Source: Armatimonadota bacterium (GTDB lineage: Bacteria; Armatimonadota; UBA5829; DTLH01). From it: 28,107 nt of DNA. The stretch is from contig JBDKSP010000081.1 in NCBI GenBank assembly GCA_039680575.1, forward strand, positions 1-28,107. The letters are read 5' to 3'. A model generated the notes under the pieces. The model was given only the letters and a program-made list of their open reading frames with translations. It was not told the DNA's origin and did not search any database. Position 1 is the first letter of the stretch. Every line of letters begins with the position of its first letter. Position numbers and translations under genes: made by a program. Positions 8,237-16,655 of this stretch are shown here, one piece after another.

Positions 8237-9277
8237 ATGTCACTTAAGCTCAAGAGAGAGCCTGATTTCGAACAGTTCAGAAAAGTAATGTTGAGGGAAG
8301 GGAAACCATCCCATCTGCCGTTTTTCGAACTTCTTGCGAGCCCGAAATTCATCGCCGCCCGCACTGGCACGGATTTCGAGAAGCTGGGATTCTACGACAC
8401 CGGTTATTGGGAGATCTATGTGGACTTCTGGCTTGGTATGGGTTTTGACTGCATACCGATGGAGATTCCGCTGAACTGCAAGCTCGGCGAAAGGCACAAC
8501 CAGCTTACCGAAGGAAGTGAGGCGGCTGCCATTATCCGCACAATGGAGGATTTCGAGAAATACCCTTGGCCGGATGAGTCCGCTCCTATAGAATTTTGCC
8601 ATTTCGAGACTGTGGCGAAGCTTCTTCCGGAAGGTGTAAAGATCGTCGGCGGCGTCGGCATGGGACCTTATGAATGGGTCTCTCAGATGATGGGCGTAAT
8701 GGGGCTCTCTTACGCGCTTATCGACGACCCGGAGCTTGTAAAACTGATGTTTGAGAAGATCGGCAGTCTGCACAGAAGCGCCGACCGTCAGCTTGTGCAG
8801 ATGGATGCGCTCGGTGCGCTCAGACAGGGTGATGATCTCGGCTTCAAGACAGCGACATTCCTGCGCCCTGATGATCTTCGCAAGTATGTCTTCCCGATCT
8901 ATAAGGACATGGTAAAGCTGGCACACGAACAGGACAAGCCGTTCCTGCTCCACTCCTGCGGGAACCTCGCGGAAGTCTACGATGATCTAATTGACGACTG
9001 CAAGATCGACGCAAAGCATTCTTTCGAGGATGCTATTATGCCTGTTGCCGAGTTCAAGAAGAAATACGGCAAGCGGGTCACTCCTATAGGCGGACTCGAT
9101 GTAGACTTTATCTGCCGGGGCACGGAAGATGAAATCCGAGCCTACACCCGAAAGCAGATTGAGGCTTGCTTCTCTGACGGCTACTGGGCTCTTGGCACAG
9201 GCAACTCATTGACCAACTATATGCCGGTGCGGAACTACATCACAGTGCTCGAAGAAGGCATGAAAGTGTGCGGATAA
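8237..9277 (+). CDS. Uroporphyrinogen decarboxylase / MtaA-CmuA methyltransferase-family protein
   Basis: QGDDLGFK, LLHSCGN, EFKKKYGKRVTPIGGLD, LGTGNSL..MPVRNY. Start ATG 8237 after GGGGAG. Confidence 0.88.
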   Translation: MSLKLKREPDFEQFRKVMLREGKPSHLPFFELLASPKFIAARTGTDFEKLGFYDTGYWEIYVDFWLGMGFDCIPMEIPLNCKLGERHNQLTEGSEAAAIIRTMEDFEKYPWPDESAPIEFCHFETVAKLLPEGVKIVGGVGMGPYEWVSQMMGVMGLSYALIDDPELVKLMFEKIGSLHRSADRQLVQMDALGALRQGDDLGFKTATFLRPDDLRKYVFPIYKDMVKLAHEQDKPFLLHSCGNLAEVYDDLIDDCKIDAKHSFEDAIMPVAEFKKKYGKRVTPIGGLDVDFICRGTEDEIRAYTRKQIEACFSDGYWALGTGNSLTNYMPVRNYITVLEEGMKVCG

Positions 9278-9363
9278 TGCTCCAGTGTCTACTGTTTGCC
9301 GGCTAATTTTATGGTTGTTCGAGAGATTATTAGCTTCGGACCCTATACAAAGGCTGCAAACTT

Positions 9364-9372
9364 TGGTATAAT
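9364..9372 (+). promoter_or_regulatory. Extended -10 promoter of the tRNA gene
   Basis: TG-g-TATAAT ending 12 nt before the tRNA 5' end. Confidence 0.6.
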
Positions 9373-9384
9373 AATGCGGTTCGA

Positions 9385-9460
9385 GGGCCGTTAGCTCAGT
9401 CGGCAGAGCATCTCCCTTTTAAGGAGAGGGTCATTGGTTCGAATCCAATACGGCTCACCA
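9385..9460 (+). tRNA. tRNA-Lys (anticodon UUU)
   Basis: 76 nt. Acceptor GGGCCGT/ACGGCTC, D arm GCTC/GAGC, anticodon arm TCTCC-CTTTTAA-GGAGA, T arm ATTGG-TTCGAAT-CCAAT, encoded CCA. Confidence 0.97.
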
Positions 9461-9546
9461 TTCGAACAGTAGAGGTCGGGATTTCAGCTTAAATGAGCTT
9501 GAATCTTGGCCTTTTTTGTTGGTAAGCAATCTCCCTTTTTACCGAC

Positions 9547-9969
9547 ATGGCAATCTCCCTCGACTGCTGCGAAGCAAGCTCTCTAGCTGTTTGCCACATG
9601 GATGTCATAAGCTTGCTGTGCTTTGGTGCATTCCCAGGCTTGTGGTTACTCGCAAATAGTGGTCTGCGCAGATCACGGAAGGGTTCTTTTGCATTCTCCT
9701 GGATCTTGGCAATACTGGCTTGCTGTGGATCGCTAGTGCCGCTATTCGAAATACGAAAGTTCGTGATCAAAAATAGCGGTTTTGAACGGGCTGATGGCTA
9801 TGGCTCGCCCATGGTTTTACTGATTGACCTCACATTCTTCCTTATGGCATTTCTTGGCTTCTGTACGATAGCATGGTTTGGTTATGTCGCTTTACGAGAG
9901 ACCAGAAAATCCGCAGAGGCTAATGAGCAAGGCAATTACTCCTGTGACATTGGTAGAATTAGTCGATAA
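9547..9969 (+). CDS. Hypothetical small membrane protein (about 3 hydrophobic segments), possibly degenerate
   Basis: Fills the tRNA-to-Rrf2 gap and has hydrophobic stretches, but no clear SD. An upstream in-frame ATG (9493) is separated from it by TAA 9523-9525. Confidence 0.4.
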   Translation: MAISLDCCEASSLAVCHMDVISLLCFGAFPGLWLLANSGLRRSRKGSFAFSWILAILACCGSLVPLFEIRKFVIKNSGFERADGYGSPMVLLIDLTFFLMAFLGFCTIAWFGYVALRETRKSAEANEQGNYSCDIGRISR

Positions 9970-10021
9970 ATAATATAATCTACTAAATCGAGCGATTGAC
10001 TTTTCTCATTGGAGATACAAT

Positions 10022-10465
10022 ATGAAACTATCCACCCGCTCAAGATATGGCCTTAGGGCAATGCTGGTCCTGGCAATGCATGAGGGCAGCGAGCCGGTTA
10101 TGACAAAAGAGATTGGTGAAAAACAAAACTTACCCGTCACTTACCTTGAGCAGCTTATGCTGGCACTTAGAAAAGCCGGTCTGGTAAATGCAACTCGTGG
10201 TGCAAAAGGCGGTTATGTGCTTTCCCGTAATGCAAAGAATATTTCACTTGCAGAGATTATAGAAGCACTTGAGGGACCACTGGACATAGCCGATTGCGCA
10301 GATGTGCCAAATTGCTGTCTGGTTCCTGATGCATGCGCATTTAGGGACGTTTTCGCAAAAGCAAATAAGGCGCTGTATGATGTATTTGATCAGATCAGCC
10401 TTGCACAGGTTGCAGAAGATCAGAAAAATAAAACAGCCGCACATGTGGGAATGTATTATATCTAA
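10022..10465 (+). CDS. Rrf2-family transcriptional regulator (CymR/IscR-like)
   Basis: MKLSTRSRYGLRAM, YLEQLM..LRKAGLVNATRGAKGGYVL, IIEALEGP, Cys cluster CADVPNCCLVPDAC, C-terminus MYYI. GGAG SD. Confidence 0.95.
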   Translation: MKLSTRSRYGLRAMLVLAMHEGSEPVMTKEIGEKQNLPVTYLEQLMLALRKAGLVNATRGAKGGYVLSRNAKNISLAEIIEALEGPLDIADCADVPNCCLVPDACAFRDVFAKANKALYDVFDQISLAQVAEDQKNKTAAHVGMYYI

Positions 10466-10470
10466 AAGAA

Positions 10471-10500
10471 CAGAGCCAGGATATCATAACGCTGGCTCTG
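10471..10500. terminator. Hairpin between convergent rrf2 and cysK (likely bidirectional terminator)
   Basis: CAGAGCCAG (10471-10479)/CTGGCTCTG (10492-10500), preceded by AAAAGAA (U-tract for the minus strand). Confidence 0.7.
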
Positions 10501-10546
10501 TATAAGAAATAGCTTTGATATTATACAGACTTTGCCACCAAGCGAT

Positions 10547-11464
10547 TCAAATTACCGTACTCAAATACCTTTCACCAGTATCCGGCAGGATAGCTACGAT
10601 CAGCTTGCCTTTGTTCTCAGGGCGCTTGCCTATCTGTAAAGCAGCGAACGCAGCAGCTCCTGAGGATATACCGACAAGGACTCCTTCATCGCGGGCAAGA
10701 GACCGAGCAGTCTTGAACGCATCCTCATTTTTTACCTGGTAAATCTCATCTATGATGTCTCTGTTGAAGACATCAGGCACAAATCCAGCGCCGATCCCTT
10801 GTATCTTATGTGGACCGGATTGACCGCCGGAGAGAACTGGTGAGCTGAACGGCTCTACAGCGATTGCTTTTACACCCGGTTTGCGAGCTTTGAGCACTTC
10901 GCTGATACCGGTTATTGTTCCGCCGGTGCCTACACCGCCAATTACAATATCTACCTCGCCGTCAGTATCTTTCCAGATCTCCTCAGCAGTTGTCTTGCGA
11001 TGAATCTCAGGGTTGGCCGGGTTCTTGAACTGCTGCGGCACAAATGAGTTTGGTATCTTTGCTGCCAGATCTTCTGCCTTCTTTATTGCGCCTTTCATGC
11101 CGTCAGCTCCCGGAGTAAGCACAAGTTCCGCTCCATAGGCTCCAAGTAGATTGCGTCGTTCGATGCTCATTGTATCGGGCATTGTCAGGATGATCCTGTA
11201 GCCCTTCGCTGCCGCGACAAATGCGAGTCCGATGCCTGTATTTCCGCTGGTAGGCTCGATAATCACTGAGTCGGGCTTCAGGATGCCCTTGTCCTCCGCG
11301 TCTTTGATCATCGCATAGCCGATACGGTCCTTGACACTCCCTCCGGGGTTGAATGACTCCAGTTTCACGACAATCCTGGCGTCAACTCCCTCTGCTGCTT
11401 TGCCAAGCTGAAACAATGGAGTGTTTCCTATTAGATCCGTTAGTTTATTTGCGATTTTTGCCAT
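10547..11464 (-). CDS. cysK: Cysteine synthase A (O-acetylserine sulfhydrylase)
   Basis: [23 protein letters not shown] (PLP Lys), [41 protein letters not shown]. Start ATG 11464 after AAAGGA. Confidence 0.97.
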   Translation of the reverse strand: MAKIANKLTDLIGNTPLFQLGKAAEGVDARIVVKLESFNPGGSVKDRIGYAMIKDAEDKGILKPDSVIIEPTSGNTGIGLAFVAAAKGYRIILTMPDTMSIERRNLLGAYGAELVLTPGADGMKGAIKKAEDLAAKIPNSFVPQQFKNPANPEIHRKTTAEEIWKDTDGEVDIVIGGVGTGGTITGISEVLKARKPGVKAIAVEPFSSPVLSGGQSGPHKIQGIGAGFVPDVFNRDIIDEIYQVKNEDAFKTARSLARDEGVLVGISSGAAAFAALQIGKRPENKGKLIVAILPDTGERYLSTVI

Positions 11465-11534
11465 TGTATTTCCGTCCTTTCTGTATACTCGCAGCCGCTC
11501 CGTGCACTTCGCCAATCTCTATTACCGATAGCTG

Positions 11535-11565
11535 ATTATATAATCATAGTAAACCAGTCGGAAAA
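11535..11565 (-). promoter_or_regulatory. cysK -10 box with an adjacent CymR-type operator
   Basis: Minus-strand TATAAT at 11540-11535. Plus strand 11541-11565 TAATCATAGTAAACCAGTCGGAAAA fits most positions of the B. subtilis CymR box as I recall it (AAWNCN2ANTWNAN3ATMGGAATTWW). Confidence 0.6.
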
Positions 11566-11676
11566 CTAAATTTAAATAATTCTAGTTACCAATTGCCTGG
11601 TTGTCAAGAGTGAATATGAATACACGGGTAGAATCGGATAGATTGTAGATTCGATACTGATACGAGGTATGCTTAC

Positions 11677-12963
11677 ATGGACAATGAGGCCTCACCGCCG
11701 AGACTCAGCAGGATACTAAGCCTGTTGGATGCGGTAGCGATTGGGCTAGGAGCGATGATTGGCGCGGGCATCTTTGTGGTCATCAGTGTGGCTGTAAATG
11801 TGGCTGGCGGAGGGGTAATAATTTCTTTTGCGATAGGAACCATCGCCGCGATTTTTCCCGCGCTAAGCACAGCGCGACTTGCAGCGGCATATCCGGTATC
11901 GGGAGCTACCAGCTTCTATGCTGCTCATTTATTAGGACGTCCGTATGGTTTTGTAGCCGGATGGATCTTCATATTCGCAACAATATCGGCTGACGCAGCG
12001 GTAGTTCTTGCATTTGGGTCTTATCTACACTTTCTGATTCCGGATATTCCATTGCGTGCAACTTCAATTACCTTTGCCGTTATTGTCACCACCATAAACT
12101 ACTTTGGCATCAGACTCTCAGCCAATGTCATTGATATCCTCGTCATCGTTAAGCTGGCTGTACTTCTTTTCTTTATAGCAGTTGGAGCGTTCTTCTTTCG
12201 GGTAGAAAGGGTTTTTCCGATGATGCTGCACGGTGTAATGGGTGCGATAGAAGGTGCTGCAATAGTGTTTTTCGCATATGCCGGGTTTGCACGAATAGCG
12301 GTAATCGGTGAAGAGGTCCGCGATCCCATAAGGACCATTCCCAAAGCTATACTACTGGCTCTTGGAACAGCGACTATACTATATCTGACAGTAGCGCTTG
12401 TAGCGCTTGGTCTTTTGGGAGTACGCGGACTGGCGGGAGCTTCTGCACCGCTATCCGCCGCCATCAGAAAAACCCCTCTGGATATAGGTCCTTATATAAT
12501 ATCCATCGGAGCATTAACTTCGATATTTACTGTGTTTCTTACTGATATGCTGGGAGTCTCAAGGATGTTCTTTGCTTTGGCACGAAGCCGGGAACTGCCG
12601 GATTGGCTTTCTCATGTGCATGAAAAATACGGGACCCCACATCTGGCAATCCTGCTGAACGGCGCACTTGTTGCTGTACTTGCTTTGATAGCAAATCTCC
12701 ACAGTGTAGTAAAGGTTGCCAGCTTCGGCATGCTCGCATATTATGGACTGACTTGTCTTGCGGCGCTCAGGCTGCCATCCACAGGGGGAAGGTATCATCG
12801 AGCGTGTGATGTTGCTGGGATCATCTCTTGTTTCGCCCTGGCATCCTTTCTTTCATTGCATGTTATACTGCTTGGCCTCCTGGTGATAGCCTTTGGCATA
12901 GTTTATTTCTTCACTCGGAATGTTTTCTCATCAGATGGAGGTCCTTCTGATGCTCACGTTTAG
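11677..12963 (+). CDS. APC-superfamily amino acid permease
   Basis: LSLLDAVAIGLGAMIGAGIF, FFAYAGFARIA..GEEVRDP.RTIPKAI, SRMFFALAR..LP..LSHVHEKYGTP. About 12 TM segments. GAGG SD. Confidence 0.93.
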   Translation: MDNEASPPRLSRILSLLDAVAIGLGAMIGAGIFVVISVAVNVAGGGVIISFAIGTIAAIFPALSTARLAAAYPVSGATSFYAAHLLGRPYGFVAGWIFIFATISADAAVVLAFGSYLHFLIPDIPLRATSITFAVIVTTINYFGIRLSANVIDILVIVKLAVLLFFIAVGAFFFRVERVFPMMLHGVMGAIEGAAIVFFAYAGFARIAVIGEEVRDPIRTIPKAILLALGTATILYLTVALVALGLLGVRGLAGASAPLSAAIRKTPLDIGPYIISIGALTSIFTVFLTDMLGVSRMFFALARSRELPDWLSHVHEKYGTPHLAILLNGALVAVLALIANLHSVVKVASFGMLAYYGLTCLAALRLPSTGGRYHRACDVAGIISCFALASFLSLHVILLGLLVIAFGIVYFFTRNVFSSDGGPSDAHV

Positions 12964-12970
12964 GTAAACC

Positions 12971-13009
12971 AGCCATACGTCACTCTTGATTCTGTATGGA
13001 CGTATGGCT
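12971..13009 (+). terminator. Stem-loop after the permease gene
   Basis: 11-bp perfect stem AGCCATACGTC/GACGTATGGCT with a 17-nt loop and weak U-tract. Confidence 0.5.
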
Positions 13010-13068
13010 TGATAAAGCTGGCTTGGGGTGATAACCTAATATAGCAAACGAAGTCGATCACTTTTGTT

Positions 13069-13093
13069 GAGTTTCAGGTAATACATGAAACTC
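13069..13093. promoter_or_regulatory. Candidate metalloregulator operator (12-1-12 imperfect palindrome) upstream of the P1B ATPase
   Basis: GAGTTTCAgGTA-a-TACaTGAAACTC, 37 nt before the ATG at 13131. Confidence 0.45.
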
Positions 13094-13130
13094 TCTGGGG
13101 AATTTTCGTTTATAGACGAAAAGGATGCCA

Positions 13131-15458
13131 ATGGAGACTAGAATACTTGATGTACCGGTGATCCTGCCGGATTATTACGAAGACTGCGAACGATGTATGA
13201 TGCGGCTGAAAGATGCTCTCGAAGAGCTGGAGGGCGTTTCCAGTGTTCAGATCGGCGCGAAAGGCCTCAATATATCCCTTACTTATGATGCCAACACTAT
13301 TTCCATGGAAAAGATAGAGGATAGAGTAAGGCAGCTCGGTGTCGAAGTTGCAGAACGTTATGTCCATGACTCTCTTCATCTTGAAGGGTTGGATTGTCCT
13401 GACTGTGCAGCAAAGCTTGAAAAAGCTGTAGGGCGCATGAACGGAGTTTTGTGGTCGTCGGTCAACTACGCGACATCGAAACTCTCCGTAGAGTATGAGC
13501 AGGAGAAGATAGAACGTGAAGCAATAGCGGACCGAGTGCGCAATCTGGGTTACACTGTTACAGAGACAGTTCCTTCCGGCGCGGAAACGCCTGTCCAGAA
13601 GTCTGCATGGCTTAACCGGCGGGTAATAACCACCGCAGCTTCCGGTGTCTTTCTGGTTGCAGCCATAATAGCGTCTTACCTGAGAGCTCCCGCCTTTGTT
13701 ACTATTCCACTTTACGCCGTATCCATCATATCAGGCGGGTTTTACGCAGCCCGGGCTGGAATTCTCAGTCTGAAAGCGTTCTCGATGGACACTAACCTCC
13801 TGATAACCCTTGCCGTAGTCGGCGCAATTTATCTGCATGAGTACGGAGAGGCTGCCGGAGTGATTTTCCTGTTTTCGTTAGGCTCAGCGCTGGAAGCTTT
13901 TACCATAGACCGCACGCGCCGGTCCATTCGAGGCCTGATAGGGCTGAGCCCAAAAGAAGCATCGGTTATAAGAGACGGAAAAGAAGCGAAAAACCGCGTA
14001 GAGGATATAAAAGTCGGAGAGACAGTCATAGTGCGTCCAGGAGAGAGGATACCGCTGGACGGTGTTGTGGAGCGGGGAGTATCATCTGTGGATGAGTCTG
14101 CCATCACAGGCGAATCAGTGCCGCGCGAAAAGTCCACAGGATTGCCGGTTTATGCTGGTACCATCAACCAGCGTGGTTCGATGGAGATCAGGGTAACAAA
14201 GCTCGTAGGAGACGATACTCTTTCAAGGGTTATCCATCTCGTAGAGGAGGCGCAGGAGCAGAAAGCGCCTTCACAGCAGTTCAGTGAGAAGTTCGGTAGG
14301 GTCTATACTCCTATCGTAGTCGGCCTGGCAGTCGTTATCGCCCTGTATGCCCTGATAGATACTAACCCGGAGCTTTTTAGGCGGTCACTTGTGCTTCTTG
14401 TGGTAGCATGTCCGTGCGCGCTTGTTATATCTACCCCGGTTGCGATAGTTTCCGCGATAGGTAACGCGGCAAAAAACGGTATTTTGATAAAGGGTGGTGC
14501 ATACCTGGAGGAAATGGGCAGAGTGTCGGTCGTGGCATTCGACAAGACAGGGACGCTCACTACAGGACAGCTTGAAGTCACGGATATAATCGCACTCGAT
14601 TCCGATAGAAATGAAGTGCTGAAGATCGCAGCTTCCATAGAAAGCAGGTCAGAGCATCCACTGGCGGAATCGATACTCAAGAAGGCTTCTGAAGAGAAAA
14701 TAGAGTTGTACGACCTGGCATTCTTTGAAGCCTTGCCTGGAATCGGCGCGCGTGGAGTGATGGACAGCCAGGTGTGCCATATCGGTAACCAGAGGCTGCT
14801 GGAACAGTTGAAAATCCCTGTCCCTGAACCCGGTACTGTTGAAAAGATTCGAAGAGAAGGCAAGACATCGATGTTCGTTGTGAGCGAAGGCAAGGTAATA
14901 GGAATAATCGCCGCAGCCGATACCATAAGGGAATCCAGCAGGGATTCCATAGCTGCCCTAAGGAACGAAGGAATAGCTAAGACGATCATGCTGACCGGCG
15001 ACAACACCATTACGGCACATGCAGTTGCCGAGCGGCTTGGCATAGACGATATCGAGGCCGAATTGCTCCCGGAAGAGAAAGTCGATCAGATCAGGAAGTT
15101 AGTTAGCCGCTACGGAAAGGTCGCCATGATCGGGGACGGGATAAACGACGCTCCGGCTCTCGCGGCAGCTACCGTAGGTATTGCGATGGGCGGCGCGGGG
15201 TCACATGCGGCGCTCGAGACTGCCGATCTTGCGCTGATGGCGGATGACCTGGGTATGCTGCCGTACGGAATACGCCTCAGCAGATCATCCCTCAGGGTAA
15301 TCAAGCAGAACATAGGGTTTTCGGTGTTTGTGGTAGTCGGACTGGTCGCAATGACATTGGCTGGTTCACTCAGCCTCACACTTGGTATAATCGGTCATGA
15401 GGGCAGCGCGCTGCTTGTTATAGCTAACGGGATGAGGCTCCTTCGCCAGCGCGTGTGA
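13131..15458 (+). CDS. Heavy-metal-translocating P1B-type ATPase (ZntA/CadA-like)
   Basis: Two N-terminal HMA domains (DCERC, GLDCPDC), TGES, VACPCAL, DKTGTLT, SEHPL, TGDN, GDGINDAP, HEGS. AAAGGA SD favours ATG 13131 over 13125. Confidence 0.96.
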   Translation: METRILDVPVILPDYYEDCERCMMRLKDALEELEGVSSVQIGAKGLNISLTYDANTISMEKIEDRVRQLGVEVAERYVHDSLHLEGLDCPDCAAKLEKAVGRMNGVLWSSVNYATSKLSVEYEQEKIEREAIADRVRNLGYTVTETVPSGAETPVQKSAWLNRRVITTAASGVFLVAAIIASYLRAPAFVTIPLYAVSIISGGFYAARAGILSLKAFSMDTNLLITLAVVGAIYLHEYGEAAGVIFLFSLGSALEAFTIDRTRRSIRGLIGLSPKEASVIRDGKEAKNRVEDIKVGETVIVRPGERIPLDGVVERGVSSVDESAITGESVPREKSTGLPVYAGTINQRGSMEIRVTKLVGDDTLSRVIHLVEEAQEQKAPSQQFSEKFGRVYTPIVVGLAVVIALYALIDTNPELFRRSLVLLVVACPCALVISTPVAIVSAIGNAAKNGILIKGGAYLEEMGRVSVVAFDKTGTLTTGQLEVTDIIALDSDRNEVLKIAASIESRSEHPLAESILKKASEEKIELYDLAFFEALPGIGARGVMDSQVCHIGNQRLLEQLKIPVPEPGTVEKIRREGKTSMFVVSEGKVIGIIAAADTIRESSRDSIAALRNEGIAKTIMLTGDNTITAHAVAERLGIDDIEAELLPEEKVDQIRKLVSRYGKVAMIGDGINDAPALAAATVGIAMGGAGSHAALETADLALMADDLGMLPYGIRLSRSSLRVIKQNIGFSVFVVVGLVAMTLAGSLSLTLGIIGHEGSALLVIANGMRLLRQRV

Positions 15459-15482
15459 TAAATAAAATTCAAAGGGGATACA

Positions 15483-16268
15483 GTGTCTGAAGCAGCAACA
15501 TTAATCATAATACGTGCCGCGATAACTATTTTTGCCGCGGCTATAGGAGGTATGTTCGGAGTAATCTGGAAAAAACCGGGTCACCGAACACTTTGCGCTC
15601 TAGTCAGTTTCGCAGCGGGTGCACTACTGGCGGTCACAGCCGTAGAGATAATTCCCGAAGCTGCAGGAATAGAAGGAGTAGGGTGGATTCGCGCTATTCT
15701 GGCTGTGACTGCAGGAGTAATCATATTCTATCTGATCGGGAAGTACGTCTACTATATGTGCCCGGCCTGTGCTGCTTCCGCTATAGAGGTAAAAAGCGGT
15801 TATATTCGACTTGGTGTGCTTTTGATGGTCGCACTCGGTATCCACAGCACAGTCGACGGTCTGGCAATAGCGGCTTCGTCCAAAACAAATCATGAGATAG
15901 TGGCGCTGCTTGTACTTTTCGCGGTATCCTACCACAAGATCCCTGAGGGGCTTGCGCTTGTGTCTGTTGCACGGCTTGCGGGGTACCAACGATGGAAATC
16001 TTTTGTTCTGACCCTTCTGATAGAGCTAACTACAGGAGTCGGTGCGTTCATAGGGCTTATAGCGCTGGGAGCGCTTTCGGAATTCTGGCTTGGTATGATG
16101 CTCGGGATAATCGGCGGCTCATTCCTTTACGTAGTCGGATTTGCTATTCTTCGAGAGATGATAGAGCACGAGCCTAAGTCGATCCTGACATATTTCACAC
16201 TGGGTTTCGTTTCTATCGTCGTAATCGGCCTTTTGCTGCCGATGTTCGGAATCGCCCACGCTCATTAG
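15483..16268 (+). CDS. ZIP (ZupT/GufA)-family metal transporter
   Basis: SFAAGALL....EIIPEA, TM4 HSTVDGLAIA, TM5 HKIPEGLA, GGSFLYV. GTG start after AGGGGA, 24 bp after the ATPase stop. Confidence 0.9.
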   Translation: MSEAATLIIIRAAITIFAAAIGGMFGVIWKKPGHRTLCALVSFAAGALLAVTAVEIIPEAAGIEGVGWIRAILAVTAGVIIFYLIGKYVYYMCPACAASAIEVKSGYIRLGVLLMVALGIHSTVDGLAIAASSKTNHEIVALLVLFAVSYHKIPEGLALVSVARLAGYQRWKSFVLTLLIELTTGVGAFIGLIALGALSEFWLGMMLGIIGGSFLYVVGFAILREMIEHEPKSILTYFTLGFVSIVVIGLLLPMFGIAHAH

Positions 16269-16276
16269 TCCGTGGA

Positions 16277-16603
16277 TTATACGTCGTCGAGGTCATGAAA
16301 AAGGTTAGCGAAGCGCTCGGCATACTGGTATTCGATAGCGGCGAACGAAAGATCGAGTGCAAGAGTCCACAGGGCGACGAGCGCTTCATCTCTGGGAGAA
16401 TCAAGGATTCTGCTGAAGAAATCCTTGATTACTTCATCATACGAAGTTGCCGGCTCATTGATGACAATTCTGTCCATCTGACGGCTCTGAAAGACTTCTT
16501 CCTGAATCCGGTCGAGAAATTCACGCACATTCGCAGGTGTTGCGTGCTTAAGTCCCGGCCCAAACTCCGATGTTACTAAATCTCTGAACTCTTCAATCTT
16601 CAC
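16277..16603 (-). CDS. Hypothetical acidic helical protein (108 aa)
   Basis: Fills the gap without overlap, has protein-like composition and has its own promoter directly ahead of the GTG start. Family not recognised. Confidence 0.75.
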   Translation of the reverse strand: MKIEEFRDLVTSEFGPGLKHATPANVREFLDRIQEEVFQSRQMDRIVINEPATSYDEVIKDFFSRILDSPRDEALVALWTLALDLSFAAIEYQYAERFANLFHDLDDV

Positions 16604-16609
16604 GTTTTT

Positions 16610-16638
16610 ACTCTACTACCGAAAAAGTATGATGTCAA
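16610..16638 (-). promoter_or_regulatory. Sigma70 promoter for a leaderless transcript of the hypothetical gene
   Basis: TTGACA (16638-16633), 17 bp, TAGAGT (16615-16610), 6 nt, GTG (16603). Confidence 0.7.
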
Positions 16639-16655
16639 TTATTTTGCGAGGATCA

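Noticed and set aside
8240..8953. 237-aa minus-strand ORF (likewise 14303-15043 and the many shorter overlapping ORFs)
   Set aside because: Antisense or out-of-frame shadows of well-supported genes.
10515..10549. cysK TGA as selenocysteine read-through or truncation
   Set aside because: The stop follows the conserved ERYLST motif at essentially the normal end, and there is no SECIS-like hairpin directly after it.
9461..12963. Genomic island integrated at tRNA-Lys
   Set aside because: No integrase and no duplicated tRNA 3' end was seen. The compositional shift looks slight by eye and was not computed.
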